Shown: positions 25,894 through 38,375 of the stretch, in pieces
Numbering within the stretch: the first letter of the stretch is position 1
How the letters are laid out: every line of letters starts with the position of its first letter
NCBI RefSeq assembly: GCF_006345805.1
Contig: NC_043015.1
Span: 17,112,001-17,176,000 of the forward strand
Source: Octopus sinensis
Taxonomy: Eukaryota
DNA length: 64,000 nucleotides
Direction: 5' to 3'
Position numbers and translations under genes: made by a program
Notes under the pieces: model-generated
Databases searched by the model: none
Told to the model about the DNA's origin: nothing
What the model saw: only the letters and a program-made list of their open reading frames with translations

Positions 25894-26492
25894 TATTCAT
25901 GATCCGCATTATCATCACTTTTCTATGCTGGCATTAGTTGGGCAGAACTGAGCCAGTACCTCCACCTCCAATCCCAACTGAGTTGCAGGACTACATTTTG
26001 TTCATACTTTCTCTTTGCAACATAAGTTTCTGTGTCTGGATTTAACACCAACCACCTTACAAAAAATGTATTTGTGTGTGTGAGGGTGTAGTTAGTATAA
26101 CAAATAGGAGAAAAACTATTCAATAATCCTATCCCAAATTAACAATTGGTGTTGTTTTGTTTATGTCCTTGCAACTTCACGGTTTAGCAAACGACACTGA
26201 TAAATAACAAACTTAAAAATATGTAGTGGGCGCAATTAGTTTCACTAAACCTTTCAAGGTGGTGCCACAGTTCAATAACTGAAACAAGTAAAAGAGGTAA
26301 TGTATGAATGTGTATATATAAGAACTACACATACAAACCTATCTGTAGATAGAATAACAAAAAGAGAGGAGAGACACAGGCAGTAATAGAGAAGCTAGTT
26401 ATATTAGTCAGCAATTGTTAGACTTTTTGAGAAAATCTAAAATATATAAGTTTACTTGTATGTCTGTATCCAACAATGTATATTATTCTCAG

Positions 26493-26627
26493 ACTTGCAC
26501 GTTATTTGAAATACAAAAAGGTCACAAATTTCCAGAACTTTCACATATATTGCTCAGATGAAACTTGGCTGAGTGACCCAAGTGTCTTATGTTCAGTAAT
26601 CTTCCATTTATTAGACAAGACAAACAT
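26493..26627 (+). CDS. Candidate internal exon of an unidentified gene (135 nt, phase 2-2)
   Basis: Acceptor TTATTCTCAG and donor AT|GTAAGC. One open frame: LARYLKYKKVTNFQNFHIYCSDETWLSDPSVLCSVIFHLLDKTN. No family recognised. Confidence 0.35.
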
Positions 26628-28403
26628 GTAAGCACTGAGGTGCGACTGGCACCTTTATTTATGATACTGAGAATGATGGATTTTAGTTCAAATAAGAATG
26701 CAATTATTTTGTTTAACATTGTTACAGTAGTTTGTTTTAATATTAAAAGTGATGTAATTCAATTTAAAAGATCTCTGATATCACTGTTAAAAAACAGTGT
26801 TCAATTCTTGTTTCATCTTAACTCCTTAACATTCAGATTGTTTATTCACATTGCTTTGAATTAATCATGCATTACCTGTAGCCTTGAGATTTAATTGATC
26901 TGATTGCATATTTTTAGATTGACTTTCTAGAGGCCAGGCCTGACCGGTTTGAACATAAAACAGGTAGAATATTTGGGCCAGATATGGCCGGTTTAAATGC
27001 TAAAAGGAGAAACATATCAATTAAAATCTTCCTTGCTACATGGAGAGGAAGCCACTCTGTCATGTGTTAACATCATCAGATGATCTAGTTCTTATTCCCA
27101 ATGTTTCAATAATGTGAAGTGTCATCATGTAGTCAACATCATTTAACATCCATGTTTCATGCTGGCATGGGTTGGACAGTTTGACGATGAAGAATTAATT
27201 GTTATGTCCAAATATACAATGAAGCATCAATGCTTCATTGCATATATATAAGCAGATAAAAAAAATCATAGTGACTGCCTGCAAGCGAGTATGACTTAGT
27301 AATGTATATCATGCTTTCACTCATTATTTTAAGTGTCTACATAGTTACAAGCAGATAGACACTCTACTAACCTTCTCACCTTTATCTCATAATTTTGTTG
27401 ATCCAAACACCTGATTAATAATTCAAGAAAGTAGTTATTTTACTCAGACTGTTCAAATTGATTATGTTTATTTACTTGGGAACATGACTACATTTTCCAC
27501 AGCTATTCTAACAACAGTGTAATAATACTTCTGTAACCTCTCGGAGGAAACATGACTCCTCCTTCACTCCTCTCCACCCTTCATTTATGGTTTGAGAATA
27601 ATTCTATAATTGTTGTAAACTGGAATGGAACTTACTCTCTTTCTGCTCACATCCATTCTCCATTTAATGCTACTTGGTTTGCATCTTTTAGAGAGATAGA
27701 TTAGATAAAATGGACTCAAAGACCAACTAGAAAGTGAAAGTAGTATCTAACTTAGGATGTCTCATAGATAGTGGTGGCAATGGTGTTGGAGGTGGTAGAT
27801 GTGGTTATCATGGCAGTGGTGGTGGTGGTGGTGTAGTGTTGACAGTGGATGTGTATGATGGCAGCAATTATAGTGTTGGTGGTGGTGGCGGAAGTGGATG
27901 ATGATGATAATGATGATGATAGAAGTAGTGGCATTGATTATTTTAGGATGTCTCAGTAGTGGTTGTGAAGATGATTCTGATATTGATAGTCTTTGCATTG
28001 AGGTGGTGGCAGAGTCAGAGTAAATAATAAGAGCCCAGTTAACACAAGATTCTTAAATTTTGGAGATCTTAAGATAGAGAGCAAGAAGTTAAAAGTTCCA
28101 ATACTGTCCCAATTCCTACACCCCAGATTCTTCAACTATTTTATAAGAAAGGGGTTAATGGCAGGATAGGGATTCAGCTTAAAAATAAATTGTATAACAA
28201 AAAATACATAAATAAATTACTGTTTTATTCTTTGGCAACACGTGTTTCATGAGGTACATCCTCGGGTTCCTAAACCACACCTTGTTTCCCTGGAACTCCT
28301 CTCAAGATGCCACCCCAATCATCAAGCCCTGTTAGTGTGTGTGAAGAGACAGAGAGAGTAATGTATGAAAGAAAGAGATAACTGAAATTTTTTACTCGGT
28401 GTA

Positions 28404-29062
28404 TCATCATCATCATCATCATCATCATCATCGTTTAACGTCCGTTTTCCATGCTAGCATGGGTTGGACGGTTCAACCGGGATCTGGGAAGCCAGAAGGC
28501 TGCACCAGGCTCCAGTCTGATCTGGCAGTGTTTCTACAGCTGGATGCCCTTCATAATGCCAACCACTCCGCGAGTGTAGTGGGTACTTTTTATGTGCCAG
28601 TGGCACAGGTGCCAGAGGGGTCTGGCATCGGCCACGTTCGGATGGTGCTTTTTATGTGTCACCGGCACAGGTATCACAACTACTGTTTCCATTGGTATTT
28701 GGTTTGATGTTCATGTACATGCACTTGACTCAACAGGTCTCCTCAAGCACAGTGAGATGTTCCGGGATCCAAGGTACTTTGAATGGGCAGGGGGTATGCG
28801 GAACTGGTGCCGGAAGCATCACGGGTCTTAGTAGTCACAGCACATCTCCAGAGATCTCAGTCCTTCGCCATTGCCTCAGTGAGGCCCAACGCTCTGAGGT
28901 CATGCTTGCCTACCTCATCCCATGTCTTCCTGGGTCTACCTCTCCCCCTGATTCCTTCAACTGTTCGGGAGTGGAACTTCTTCACACATCTCTCCTCATC
29001 CATCCACAGTACATGACCATACCATCGCAAGCGTCGCTCTTGCACACCACATCTGATGCTTC
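28404..29062 (-). mobile_element. RTE LINE 3' end (ORF end, 3' UTR, (GAT)n tail)
   Basis: ORF 28857-29111 has RRLRWYGHV...RGRGRPRKTW, followed by the common UTR repeat. Confidence 0.88.
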
Positions 29063-31340
29063 TTATAATAATAATAATGAAATTATTGTATACAGTGCTC
29101 AGGTGCACCACAACTTGTCAGAAAGTGCATATAAAGTACATGCAGCAATGTAGAAATGTCTGGAAAGTGAACATGCTTGTGTGTGTATGGAGGGGAGAAA
29201 ATCAAGTGTAGTGTTGGCGAATCTCAGGAAGCATGGAAGTTTTGAAGGATGCAGTGCTCCGACAACTAACAACCGATGCCGGCAGTTTGTTCCACGCTTC
29301 AGCAACTCTCAGCGTGAAAAAATGTTTCCTGAAGTCATGGGAGCTGTGCTGTTTTCTTACTTTGTAAATATGTCCACGGGTCTTAGATGGGTGGAGTTTG
29401 AAGAGGTGCTCAGAGTTATTGTTTGTGCGATGGTTGATAATTTTATGGGTGTCTGCCAAGTCAGCTGCCAGACGTCGGAGTTTTAATGTGTCCATGCCCA
29501 GGGAAGTAAGGCGTTCAGGATATGGCAAATGCCTGATGGAGGGTATTCTTTTGGCTGCACGTCGCTGAACAGCTTCTAGACGATTGATGTCCTGGGCAAG
29601 ATAAGGGTTCCAGACCGGTGATGCAAATTCCAGGTGAGGTCTTACCATAGCTATATAAAGCCGCAGATAGATAGCCGGAGAGCGGCTCACAAAGGATTTG
29701 GTGAGTGATGCCAAGACACCCTCAGCCTTCTTGACAATTTTAGCCATGTGTTTTGTCCAACGCAAATCACTGTCGACAATAACACCCAGGTCACATTCAC
29801 TTGAAGACTTTTTGAGACTAGTGTTGTGGAGGGAGTAGGTGGACTCTGGGTTTCTCCTCCCAAAATGCATGGTGGTACATTTGTCCACAGCCAGCTTGAG
29901 TTGCCAGTCCATGATCCACTGCTGCATTGTGTCCAGGTCTGCTTGCAATAGAGATCCATAGTGTACAGGATTTGACCTCTTTATTTGGAGGTACAGCTTG
30001 ATGTCATCTGCATATTTCAGCACTGTGGCATTCTTTAAGTTGGCATCTATGTCATTAACATATGCAACAAATAAAAGAGGGCCAAGAACAGATTCCTGCG
30101 GCACACCAGATGTCATCTCATAGGGCGAAGAGTGCTGTCCTAGAACTGTGACAACCTCTTTTCGGCCGAAAATAAAGGACTTTAACCAGTTATAGAGTTC
30201 GTCTCTTACACCCAACGCAGAAAGCTTCATCATAAGTCTTTTGTGTGGCACAGAGTTAAAAGCCTTAGCAAAGTCCAGGTAAACAACATCCACCCAGGAT
30301 CCGCGATCAGTGATTTGGGTAACGTCCTCAAGAAACTCGATGAGTTGATTACAGCAGCTGGAGTTAGGAATAAATCCGAATTGTGACGGCTGGCTGAGGC
30401 TGTGAGACTTCCAGAAGTTCCAGAGGGTTTCTCTGATACAGGATTCCATCAGTTTGGCGATGCAGCTAGTAAGACTGACGGGGCGAGAGGGATGACACTG
30501 GCAGTTTTCCACTGTTCTGGAGTAACACCATTGTCGAGACAGAATTGGAAGAATAGAGAAAGTTGGCATAGAAGAAAGTACCCACTGCGTTTGAGAAGTA
30601 GGTATGTAACACCATTGAGACCAGGAGAGGCATAATTGCGTTTATTCTTTAGGTGGCGTTGCAGCATTGCTGGTGTAAATTGCATAGAAGATATAGAGTC
30701 CGATGTCAGTGGTGATGATGATGGAACATTTTGGTCTTCGACAGTAAAGATGCCGGCATAGCATCCAGCAATGATTTCTGCACATTCTTCGGGATTGCCA
30801 GTAATCTGTCCTGTGTGGGGATTGCGAAGGGGACCAACAGGAGAGTGGGGTCTCTGCTTTGAGTGCACATACTTCCAGAACCCTTTGCTGTCAGGGTTAG
30901 CTGCAATGCGTTGTTCAAATTCAAGCACTGCCTTTTTTGTCACCTGCTTGAGGTGGTTGGCTGACCTATTGCGCTTTTTCCTGTTGCTCTCTGATTTATG
31001 CAATTTGTATTCCCGTTCAGCATTACGGCGTTCTTTCCTGGCAAGTCGGACTGCTGCAGTCTCCCAAATAGCACTATTGGGTGGTTTTTTGTGCTTGCAT
31101 GGTACTGATGCTGCACATGCTGCCCATATTGAATTCAGAATGTTCTGGAGTATAGTGTCCACATCTCCAGAGGCATAAAATTCGCGCCAGTTTGGGCGTT
31201 GCAGCTCAGTACAATAAGAGCTCCAGTTTGCTTTATTCCAGTCAAAGCGGGCAATCTGAAGATGGTTGTGTTTTTTGTTACAACCAATCAGAGACAAGTC
31301 GGCCATGATCATGGAATGATCAGAGTCACCCAGGTTTTTC
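29063..31340 (-). mobile_element. CR1-clade LINE, 5'-truncated ORF2 (APE end and RT) with (ATT)n tail
   Basis: SDH motif near 31320; ORFs 30449-31312 and 29202-30569 contain RPVSLTS, YLDFAKAF, GVPQESVLGP, KYADD, DLGV and AWNKLP; TAA-repeat tail at 29063-29079. Confidence 0.92.
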
Positions 31341-31399
31341 TGAAAACCCTACCTAATTTAGATTGTCCCTTAGGCATTTACTTACCAAACCAAGGTCAC

Positions 31400-31810
31400 C
31401 AAGGTATAAATATGAATTTATCATCTTGATGCAGAAGCAGGAGGCTTCGAAGCAACTGTTATCCCCTTTGATTTTGAAAGTGGTATTCACATCAGCAAGA
31501 CAGCTGACCTCTGTGGTAGTACATACTTTGTTTTGTGTGTCCCAACAACAATGTCTGGCCGGCCATGTTTAGACTTGACAGATGTTTTGAAGGGAATGTT
31601 CCACCAGTATTTCTTCTGTTGATGTTTGTGTGTGTATTCAATGTATTCAATAACAGAGGATTTTCTATATTTATTCTTGGAAATTCGTTTTTCTGGGTGG
31701 CATTGTGTATTATTGTAGCAACAATGTTCTACCACATACGAAGGTAGTAACTTTGATGACATTTTTGGGTATCTGCTAACCACATGCATGATGATATCCA
31801 CAAAATAAGC
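31400..31810 (-). mobile_element. R4/Dong-like RLE LINE C-terminal fragment
   Basis: HVVSRYPKMSS, YWWNIPFKT..KHGRPDIVV and EVSCLADVN. Confidence 0.6.
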
Positions 31811-34269
31811 CTAAGAGCTATTCATGTGTTTTCCTATGTATATTTGTTCCTATGTACATTACTTACTCTGTCATCAAAAATGCTGATTTCTTTTTCTTTT
31901 TCTTTTTTCTTTCTTTCTTTTTTTTTTGTAGTATGTCAGTATACTAATGAACAAAAGTTTCAAGCTTCTAGGGGTCATTTGAAAATTATTATTTTTAAGG
32001 TACAAGGACTTATGTCCAAGAATGCAAAAGCTGAAAAATTTTATTGTGACATTGACTTGTTTAGTCTAAAAACTAGGAACATATAGTCAAATAAAATTTG
32101 AATTTTAGTTTTATAAAGAATTTTTATATTTTGTAGCATTTTGGAAATTACTTGTTTAGACCAACAGAGTTATCTCCCCTGCACTTATTCGTTTGAGATC
32201 TTGTAATGTCTGTTCTCTCAGTTCATATTACTCGAGGTTGTTAATGTCTGCCTGCTCTCTTAATGCATTTGTTCTCAACTCTATTTGTAAATTAATATAT
32301 CTTACCTCACTTCTCTTTAACCTCTGCTCATCTGCATTCAATGTAACATCTCACTCAATATATGCTTCATGACTGAGAATTCTGACCAACACAGATAACC
32401 AATTATTGACCTTCTACTTCTTTCTGACTTGAGCTTTACTACTTAGTTGTTTTACTACACTTGCATCTTCACAATTTCCAATGCTGGATTATGATTTGAC
32501 ATTTGACATTGGTTTCTCCCTGATGGTATGATTGGATGAGTCTATCACATAGCATATCTCACTCATTTTCTGTGAGGTCAAATATATAAAAATTTGATCT
32601 TACCACTTTGTCTTCTGTTTTACTTGCTCTCCCGCAGATGCCTTTCTTTTACAGTAAATATACAATGAGTCCCCACCATGACTTCCTTTTTATTCACATA
32701 ATATATCCTGTCAATCTAGTCATCTTCTCACTATACTTGAATGTCCAACCACTTTCTTAGCAGCTGATTAAAGCTCTCCTTTTCATATTAGCATTCCACA
32801 TTCAAAAGATTTTCACCTTATTTTTTTACAATCTTTAATATCAGGCCTTAGAGCCATACATCACTTTCTTATATGCACTTCATCTTCATCAACCTAGACT
32901 TAATTCTAAATACATAATGTGTTTTTGAATGGTCTTTTAGATATAATAGGCTTCTTGCAGTTTGTCAGAAAAATCTTCAGGATTTACTGAACAAAATTCC
33001 GGCAATGTGGGACTTAAAGGTAAGATATTATTTCTAAATCAGAATAGAATGAATAGATGAATGATGATTATGATGATGATGATGACGATGGCAATGATAG
33101 GGATGACAGCTCCTCCCCTCTTCTTCCTCCTCCACTTTGTACTCCCCACTTTTTTCTCCATTCAACCAAACAGAGGACACTCTATTCCCACTCTCTCCTT
33201 AACTTATACCCCTCTTCCTCTCTCCACCTTTCTCCCCATATCTCTCCCTCACTTCCTCTCCATTTTATCAACCAGCTCCTATCAAGTTTTCCTCCACACC
33301 TGGCATCCTACGCACAACCCTTGCTTTGAAAGATAGTTTTAAAATCCCCTCCACTGTTCTCCTCCTCTCTCACTCTTCCACCACACTCACAAATTCATGA
33401 GAGACAGTTTCAAGTTGATACTAGCTCTGAAAAAAGGTAAAAAAAAGACCAGTATTTTTTTTTTCTTTTTGCCAAATACACACGCACAATATGTATTCCT
33501 TCTTCTCTTCAGCTTTATTATTGTTCTTATTCTATGTCCTTTTCTGGAAATCTTTTGTCACACATCCTGTGACCTCTTCAGTAACCCTTCATCCCCCCTG
33601 TTTAGCTCATTTTGTCTTCAGAATGAACTAAAAAAAGAAAAACATACCATCCCCAAATATAACAATTTCAACACAATTTCACATTAGGAATTTTGTAAAA
33701 CATATTCATATGCGAATTCCAACCATGTTTCCTGGCTAAAGTCATCATCAGGAGGAACCACGTCTAGTTTCGGCCCCTACTCCTCTGCCGTTTTCTACAT
33801 GGTGGTCTCCCTCCTTTCAGGTGTCTTCTGCTCTGGTGTTGAGTGCATTTCTTTTTTCTCCTTTTTTCTTCTGTTCTTTGGTTTCTTCAATGCAGCGTCA
33901 ATGAATGTAAGCAGGCAAATGACCATCCTGTCAAATTTCCCTTTAAATACTCGCCAGTCAGGACCAGCTGTCACGTGACACTGTCTAAGCTAGCTTCAAC
34001 TGACCAATGAAGGGGAAAGACGTGTAGTTTTAGCTCATGCCCTTTCTAAACCTGCTTTCCAACAGTATTGTGTTAGTTTTAGTTCCAGCAGCCAGAGCCA
34101 ACCAGCTGTTTGGTGGTACAAGCCTTCGAACCAGGAGGAGGGGGCACTATGAACAAGACTGTTACCTTAGCCCACCTGTCAATCAGTGATGCTGCTTAAG
34201 TGTCAGCCAGCTTCACCTAGCGATACCACCTCCTAGTCAGCATGTTGTGGCTTTTGAACCATTTCGGTT

Positions 34270-34925
34270 CTTCTCACTTCAGCCACATATAGAAATTGGC
34301 TTTGTTGACAGCCTCCTGTATCCTTCTTATTACTTTTCTCAGCTCTGAGCTCGAAAAGGCAAACCTTCTTTTAAATAATGTCGTCATTTTCCTTTCAGTG
34401 AAGCCTCTAGCCACCACTGCCAAATGGTAATACCTGACGAGTCCATCCCTCTTCTCCACACTCATCAATTAATTTACCATACCCCTTCTCCTTCCGTTAC
34501 TCTTCCCATGGCACTGTCAGATCTAGTAAAATTCCAATTCTCTGTTCTGTGTTCTATATGATTAAGTCTGGTCTTTTTGTTGTTTTTATGTGTGGAAATA
34601 ATAAGTCTTTCCAAATCTGTGGCTAGCTCCCAGTATCCCTTCTATCTTTCAGCTATCTCGTATATTTTATTTGAAGGCCTGGCCTTCCCTCCTTTGGAAG
34701 TATTTTTTCCATGCTTTTCCACTTTTGACTATTCTCTCCTATTACAACACGTTCTCCTTATGTGTTGTGCTTATGATACCGAGGACTTGATTGTGACACT
34801 ATGTATATCTGTCTAGTGCTAACTGTCGCGTTCTCTTCGCATCTACAAAACATTTTTTTCTTACACAATTAGAGCAGCAAAATGAACTTGCTTAGTTCTC
34901 CACAGTAAACTGCAGTTTGCATTAT
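34270..34925 (-). mobile_element. HERO-like RLE LINE 3' fragment
   Basis: Degenerate zinc knuckle, ALDRYT*CHNQVL, KRPDLII, LDLTVPWEE, VVARGF and EAVNKANFYMWLK, in order. Confidence 0.7.
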
Positions 34926-35349
34926 TCCCTTTCTATCATTCTCTTTTCTGTACATCACTTTTTTTAATTGTATATCTCTTTCTACAATCATCTTGATTAG
35001 CCATCAATTGTGCTCTCCCCCAACAACTAACATTACCAGCCATTTCTATGCTGCTGGCTGCCATTCATCTCCTAGCTTACCCAAAATAGCCGAAAATAGA
35101 CATAACGTCAATAACCATGTAATTTATCACTACAAGCACGCGTTTTGAAGAAAGACGACAGAAATTTCTAAAAAATCCTGATTTCAGAGTTAGTTCATAA
35201 GAAATACTTATTTATACCCTTGGCAGAAGCAAACACTTCAAATATATCCAAAATAGAAATTCTCTAGCCCATCTCGAGACGCATGCGATTCGAACTGAAA
35301 ACCTCTCGGTTATTGACCTTATATCTATTTTAATTTCTGAATGAAAAGT

Positions 35350-35745
35350 TTTAGCACCAGACATGACAGAGTTGGCCAACACTGGTTTTACGTAATGTCG
35401 GCATTAAAAATACAAAACTGTTGACAAATGGTCGAATGGTAACAACAATTTTTAAGAACTTCCCAGTATACATACAGAACCATAAAAGCTGGATATTGTT
35501 GTGAAAGAACAAAACAATAAAGTTTGTTAATTGATTGCATGTCTCGACAAAAGAATTTGACAAGCTAGAAAATATAAAAATTTGCTCATTGCAATTGAAA
35601 AAATGTGGCATCTGAAGATGGTTACATTACCAGTAATTGTGGGAGCACTTAAATTTTTCAAAAAAGGAATTATGTGATGATGACCATTGGCTTACCATCC
35701 ATACATGAAGTGCAAAAGATTGTTTTAACAGGTACATCACATGTA
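35350..35745 (+). mobile_element. R4/Dong-like RLE LINE C-terminal fragment
   Basis: LAPDMT/RHDRVG-like start, YKNLLIAIEKMWHLKMVTLPVIVGAL and EVQKIVLTGTSHV. Confidence 0.65.
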
Positions 35746-36169
35746 CCTGTTAAACAACGGGTGTGTTCACTATTTGTTAAATGTGCTTTTTCACACTTCA
35801 TCTATTTGACAAAACAGGTCCTGAGTCAAACAATGTGGTGGGCTTGATCCACAAGTGTGCAACTAAGTCATATATTTTTCAATAATTGATCTATTAGATG
35901 CATAAATTTGTCTATCTCTTTCAGCAATTCCTCAACACCAATTATTAACTGCCTTTCCCCACACCCATTTTTTCTATTTTTTTTCTTTTCTAGAATTGTT
36001 CAAAATCTTAAAAAGCATTCAGTGCCTAATAGAAAATGCAATAACAAGATTGGAGAGTAAGAGTTTAACATCAGAAGGAAAAGATTAGCAGAAACTTTCA
36101 AGGTAACAGCCTCTCTCCTATCTTGTTTGTCTTCTCTGCCAATTATACAAAACAAGCACAGGTATATTT

Positions 36170-36760
36170 CCTATGATTAAATTGGACCAAGAGCTGACAG
36201 ATTAACTAGACTGCACTCCCAAATGCAGAATGTGTAATGAGTCAGAAGAAACAATTGTTTACATTGTATTAGAATGTGTAGAGTTAGATAAGACGAATAC
36301 AAACAGCGTGAGCGTGATAAAATTGTTGCGATAATTCACTGGAATTTTGTCAAGAAATTCAGTTTTGTATGCACAGAAACGAGTGCAAAAATAATAAAGT
36401 GGGGTGGAACTTTTCTTTAGAAACCAAAGGAAAAGAACACAACAAGCCAGATATTGTAGTTATTGGCAAGAAGAAACTATGTATTGTAATGAAATGCCCC
36501 TTTGACACCAAAGTATAAAGAAACAGGAGGGAAAACAGAGTATTATTCTGATGTAGAGTATGAAATCTGGAACAGGATTGGAACAGAAGATATTAACAAA
36601 ACAATTATTGTTGGTGGCCTGTGGAACAAAGGGGTAGGTGCAGTGCAGAAAACATTGATGGGTTTGGGCACTAGTGTTTAAGTACTTAACAACTGTAATA
36701 GAAAAGCTGGTGATATAAAAAAAAATTACATTTTTAAAGTAATGGCTGTAGTGAATCTTT
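36170..36760 (+). mobile_element. R4/Dong-like RLE LINE C-terminal fragment
   Basis: KCRMCNESEETIVYIVLEC, IHWNF and HNKPDIVVIGKK. Confidence 0.65.
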
Positions 36761-37929
36761 GTCGGTCAACTGAATAGTGTTCCTTAGTATATGTCTCTAT
36801 GTGAGATGATATAGTAAAATTATCCCAAATATGTGAACTGTACTGTATTATATGTCACACTCAACCTTTCTAGTGTTGTCAACATGTAATTAGAGGTGAC
36901 GCTCTCTCTTACACACAATGTTTGTCTGAACAACAACAACCTGTTTTTTTTTTCTTGAAACAGATTTTAATTCTTTTTCTCTCATTCTTATCATCTACAA
37001 CAGCCTGTCATTTTAGTGGTGAAGTGAAAATCTTTTAAAAGTCAGTGTTGTATCATCTCTGTGTTGAAAGACATACAGAAACACACACAAGCACATTCAC
37101 ACAGACACACACACACACGCAATAACTATCTTTATTGTTATGTAGTGAAAGTTGTATTGCATTGTGTTGATAGATTTGCACTTATTCAAAACTTACTATG
37201 GTGAGAAAACTGTCTGTCTATCTATCTTTCATGCAAATACTAACACACACACTGTATTTCTCGTTCATCAACAACTTCTTCTTCACTCCTTCTTCCCTCC
37301 TTGTAAATATACCTAGTGACATAGTTATCTCCACCGTTTTTTTTTCCTTCACATATTTCTTGTGATGGACAGAAAGATGGAGATCGGCTTCTCTTTTATG
37401 ATATGTCAGAAAGTGGATCTTACAGAAGTGCATGCATCATCTTTTGAAAAGACACTGCAACATAGGATATAGTCTAAAGTGGTGAGATTAGTTGTAAATA
37501 GTGTATCTGAAAGGAATAAAGCGGTAGTTATTGTCATTATTTTGTCTCCTATTTCAATGCTTATAGGAGAGGAAGAGAGAGAAGGGAGTCCAATGGCTAG
37601 TAGTTAAGAAAGGTGATGTTGGAAGGTGTTGAACATAGGTAGATCCAGTACTACCTCTCATTGCATAGGGAGTGAAATTAGAGTACAAGGTAGTGGCAGC
37701 AGTGGTGGTAGTAGTGACAGCAGCAGCTGCAATGAAGTTGTTGGTGGTAGTGTTGTGTATGGCATGGATAGAAGGTAAGTGATTAAATGAAAGGATAACA
37801 AAGTGAGGTGAAAGTGGTTACTTAACAGGAATAAAATATATGAGAGATTTAAAAGTTGATATAAATCCTGGCTTCCATCATCTCTTTCATGACTGAAGCC
37901 ATCACCACTTCATTTCATGTTTCCTAGGT

Positions 37930-38375
37930 TTCTATGCTTATTTGCAATACTTTGACACATTTTGTTTTCTGAAAACTTTTGTGACTTGAGTGATCTCTTG
38001 GGTAAATATAAGTTAACAGATTGAAAGATTATATTTATTAAAGAGATCACTAAAGTGTCAAAAGTTTTCAGGCTACAAAATATGTCAAAATATTGCAAAT
38101 AAGTACTAAAAAACAACAAATATGAATTAGCAATTTTGTTCACATTTTTATGCTTATATGCAATATTTTGACACATTTTGTTTTCTGAAAACATTTGTGA
38201 CTCGAGTGATCTCTTGGGTAAATATAAGTTAACTGATTGATAATAAGATTATATTTATCAAAGAGATCACTAAAATGTCAAATGTTTTCAGGCTACAAAA
38301 TGTGTCAAAATATTGCAAATAATTACTAAAAACAACAAATTTTAATTAGCAATTTTGATCACTTTTTTATGCTTA
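37930..38375. repeat. Two ~217-bp internally palindromic monomers (MITE-like satellite unit)
   Basis: TGCTTA recurs at 37935, 38151 and 38370. Dyads: CTTATTTGCAATA/TATTGCAAATAAG, CTGAAAAC/GTTTTCAG and GTGATCTCTT/AAGAGATCAC. Confidence 0.8.

Larger units (their letters stand above)
18447..28222. repeat. 264-bp inverted repeat pair (18447-18710 / 27959-28222)
   Basis: 262/264 identity by eye with no indels; mismatches at 18547/28122 and 18624/28045. Confidence 0.92.

Noticed and set aside
33735-33775. GAAA...CTGATGA on the minus strand suggesting a type II/III hammerhead
   Set aside because: There is not enough sequence between the motifs to form both stem III and stem I.
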